Assembly: GCA_951406725.2 (NCBI GenBank)
Contig: OX597834.1
Location: 2,108,001 to 2,172,000 of the forward strand
Reading direction: 5' to 3'
Length of the DNA: 64,000 nucleotides
DNA from: Octopus vulgaris
Lineage: Eukaryota
The translations under genes and the position numbers were made by a program. The notes beneath the pieces were generated by a model. It was not told the DNA's origin, did no database searches, and saw only the letters and a program-made list of their open reading frames with translations. Positions 63,261-64,000 of the stretch are shown one piece after another (position 1 is the first letter of the stretch; the number at the start of each line of letters is the position of its first letter).

Positions 63261-63637
63261 TAGGCATAGGTGTGGCTGCGTGGTAAGAACCATATGGTTC
63301 TGGGTTCAGTCCCACTGCGTGGCACATTGGGCAAGTGTCTTCTGCTATAGCCTTGGGTCGACCAAAACTTTGTGAGTGGATTTGGTAGACGGAAACTGAA
63401 AGAAGCTCGCCGTGTGTATATATATGTGTGTGTGTGTGTGTTTACCCCCCCCCCCCCCCCCATCATCGCTTGACAACTGATGTTGGTGTGTGTACGTCCC
63501 CATAACTTAGTGGTTCTGCAAAAGAGACTGATAGAAGAAATACTAGGCTTGTAAGGAATAAGTCCTGGGGTTGATTTGTTCGACTAAAGGCAGCGCTCCA
63601 GCATGACCGTAGTCAAATACTGAAACAAATAAAAGAA
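63261..63637 (+). mobile_element. SINE family A, full length
   Basis: Collinear with 42836-43230. Confidence 0.92.
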
Positions 63638-64000
63638 TGGCTGTGTGGTTAAGAAGCTTGCTTTGCAGCCAAATGGTTTTGGGTTCAGTCCCAGTCCACA
63701 CCACCTTGGGCAAGTGTCTTCTATAACAGCCCCAGGATGACTAATGTTTTATTAATCAGTTTGGTGGATGGAGACTGGGTGAAGCCCATTGTGCGTGTGT
63801 GTGTCTACCCCATGGCCACTGCTTGACAACTGGTGTCAGTTTGTTTATGTCCCTGTGACTTAGCAGTTCTGTAAAAGAGATTGATAGAATAAATACCGGA
63901 CTTCAAAAAATAACAAAGTATCAGGGTTGATTTGTTTGACTTACAATCCTTCAAGGTGGTGCCCCAGCATGGCCACAGTCTAGGAACTGAAATAAGTGAA
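63638..64000 (+). mobile_element. Diverged SINE family A copy directly in tandem
   Basis: TGGCTGTGTGGTTAAGAAGCTTGC..GGTTCAGTCCC..CCTTGGGCAAGTGTCTT...GCCCCAGCATGGCCACAGTC. Confidence 0.88.

Overview
AT-rich, repeat-saturated eukaryotic non-coding DNA. The SINE, MITE and microsatellite content is what I recognise from octopus (coleoid cephalopod) introns or intergenic DNA; the species call is an inference. I find no protein-coding gene I can support, and almost all ORFs in the track are translated microsatellites. Supported content: (i) about five dispersed SINE-like families (A-E) in many copies on both strands; (ii) fossil LINE fragments (RTE, CR1/Jockey group, four copies of an L1/Tx1-like 3' end, and an R4/Dong-like restriction-like-endonuclease element inside an (ATAC)n tract); (iii) mariner remnants and several MITEs; (iv) dense microsatellites and a few minisatellites. 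The most interesting signal is a set of foldback elements carrying degenerate type I hammerhead-ribozyme motifs of the Penelope-like-element (PLE) kind. The clearest case is a two-copy ~290-bp element (32570-32860 and 47005-47293) in which each palindrome arm is a hammerhead remnant. No copy has a fully intact catalytic core. Repeat boundaries were read by eye and are approximate.
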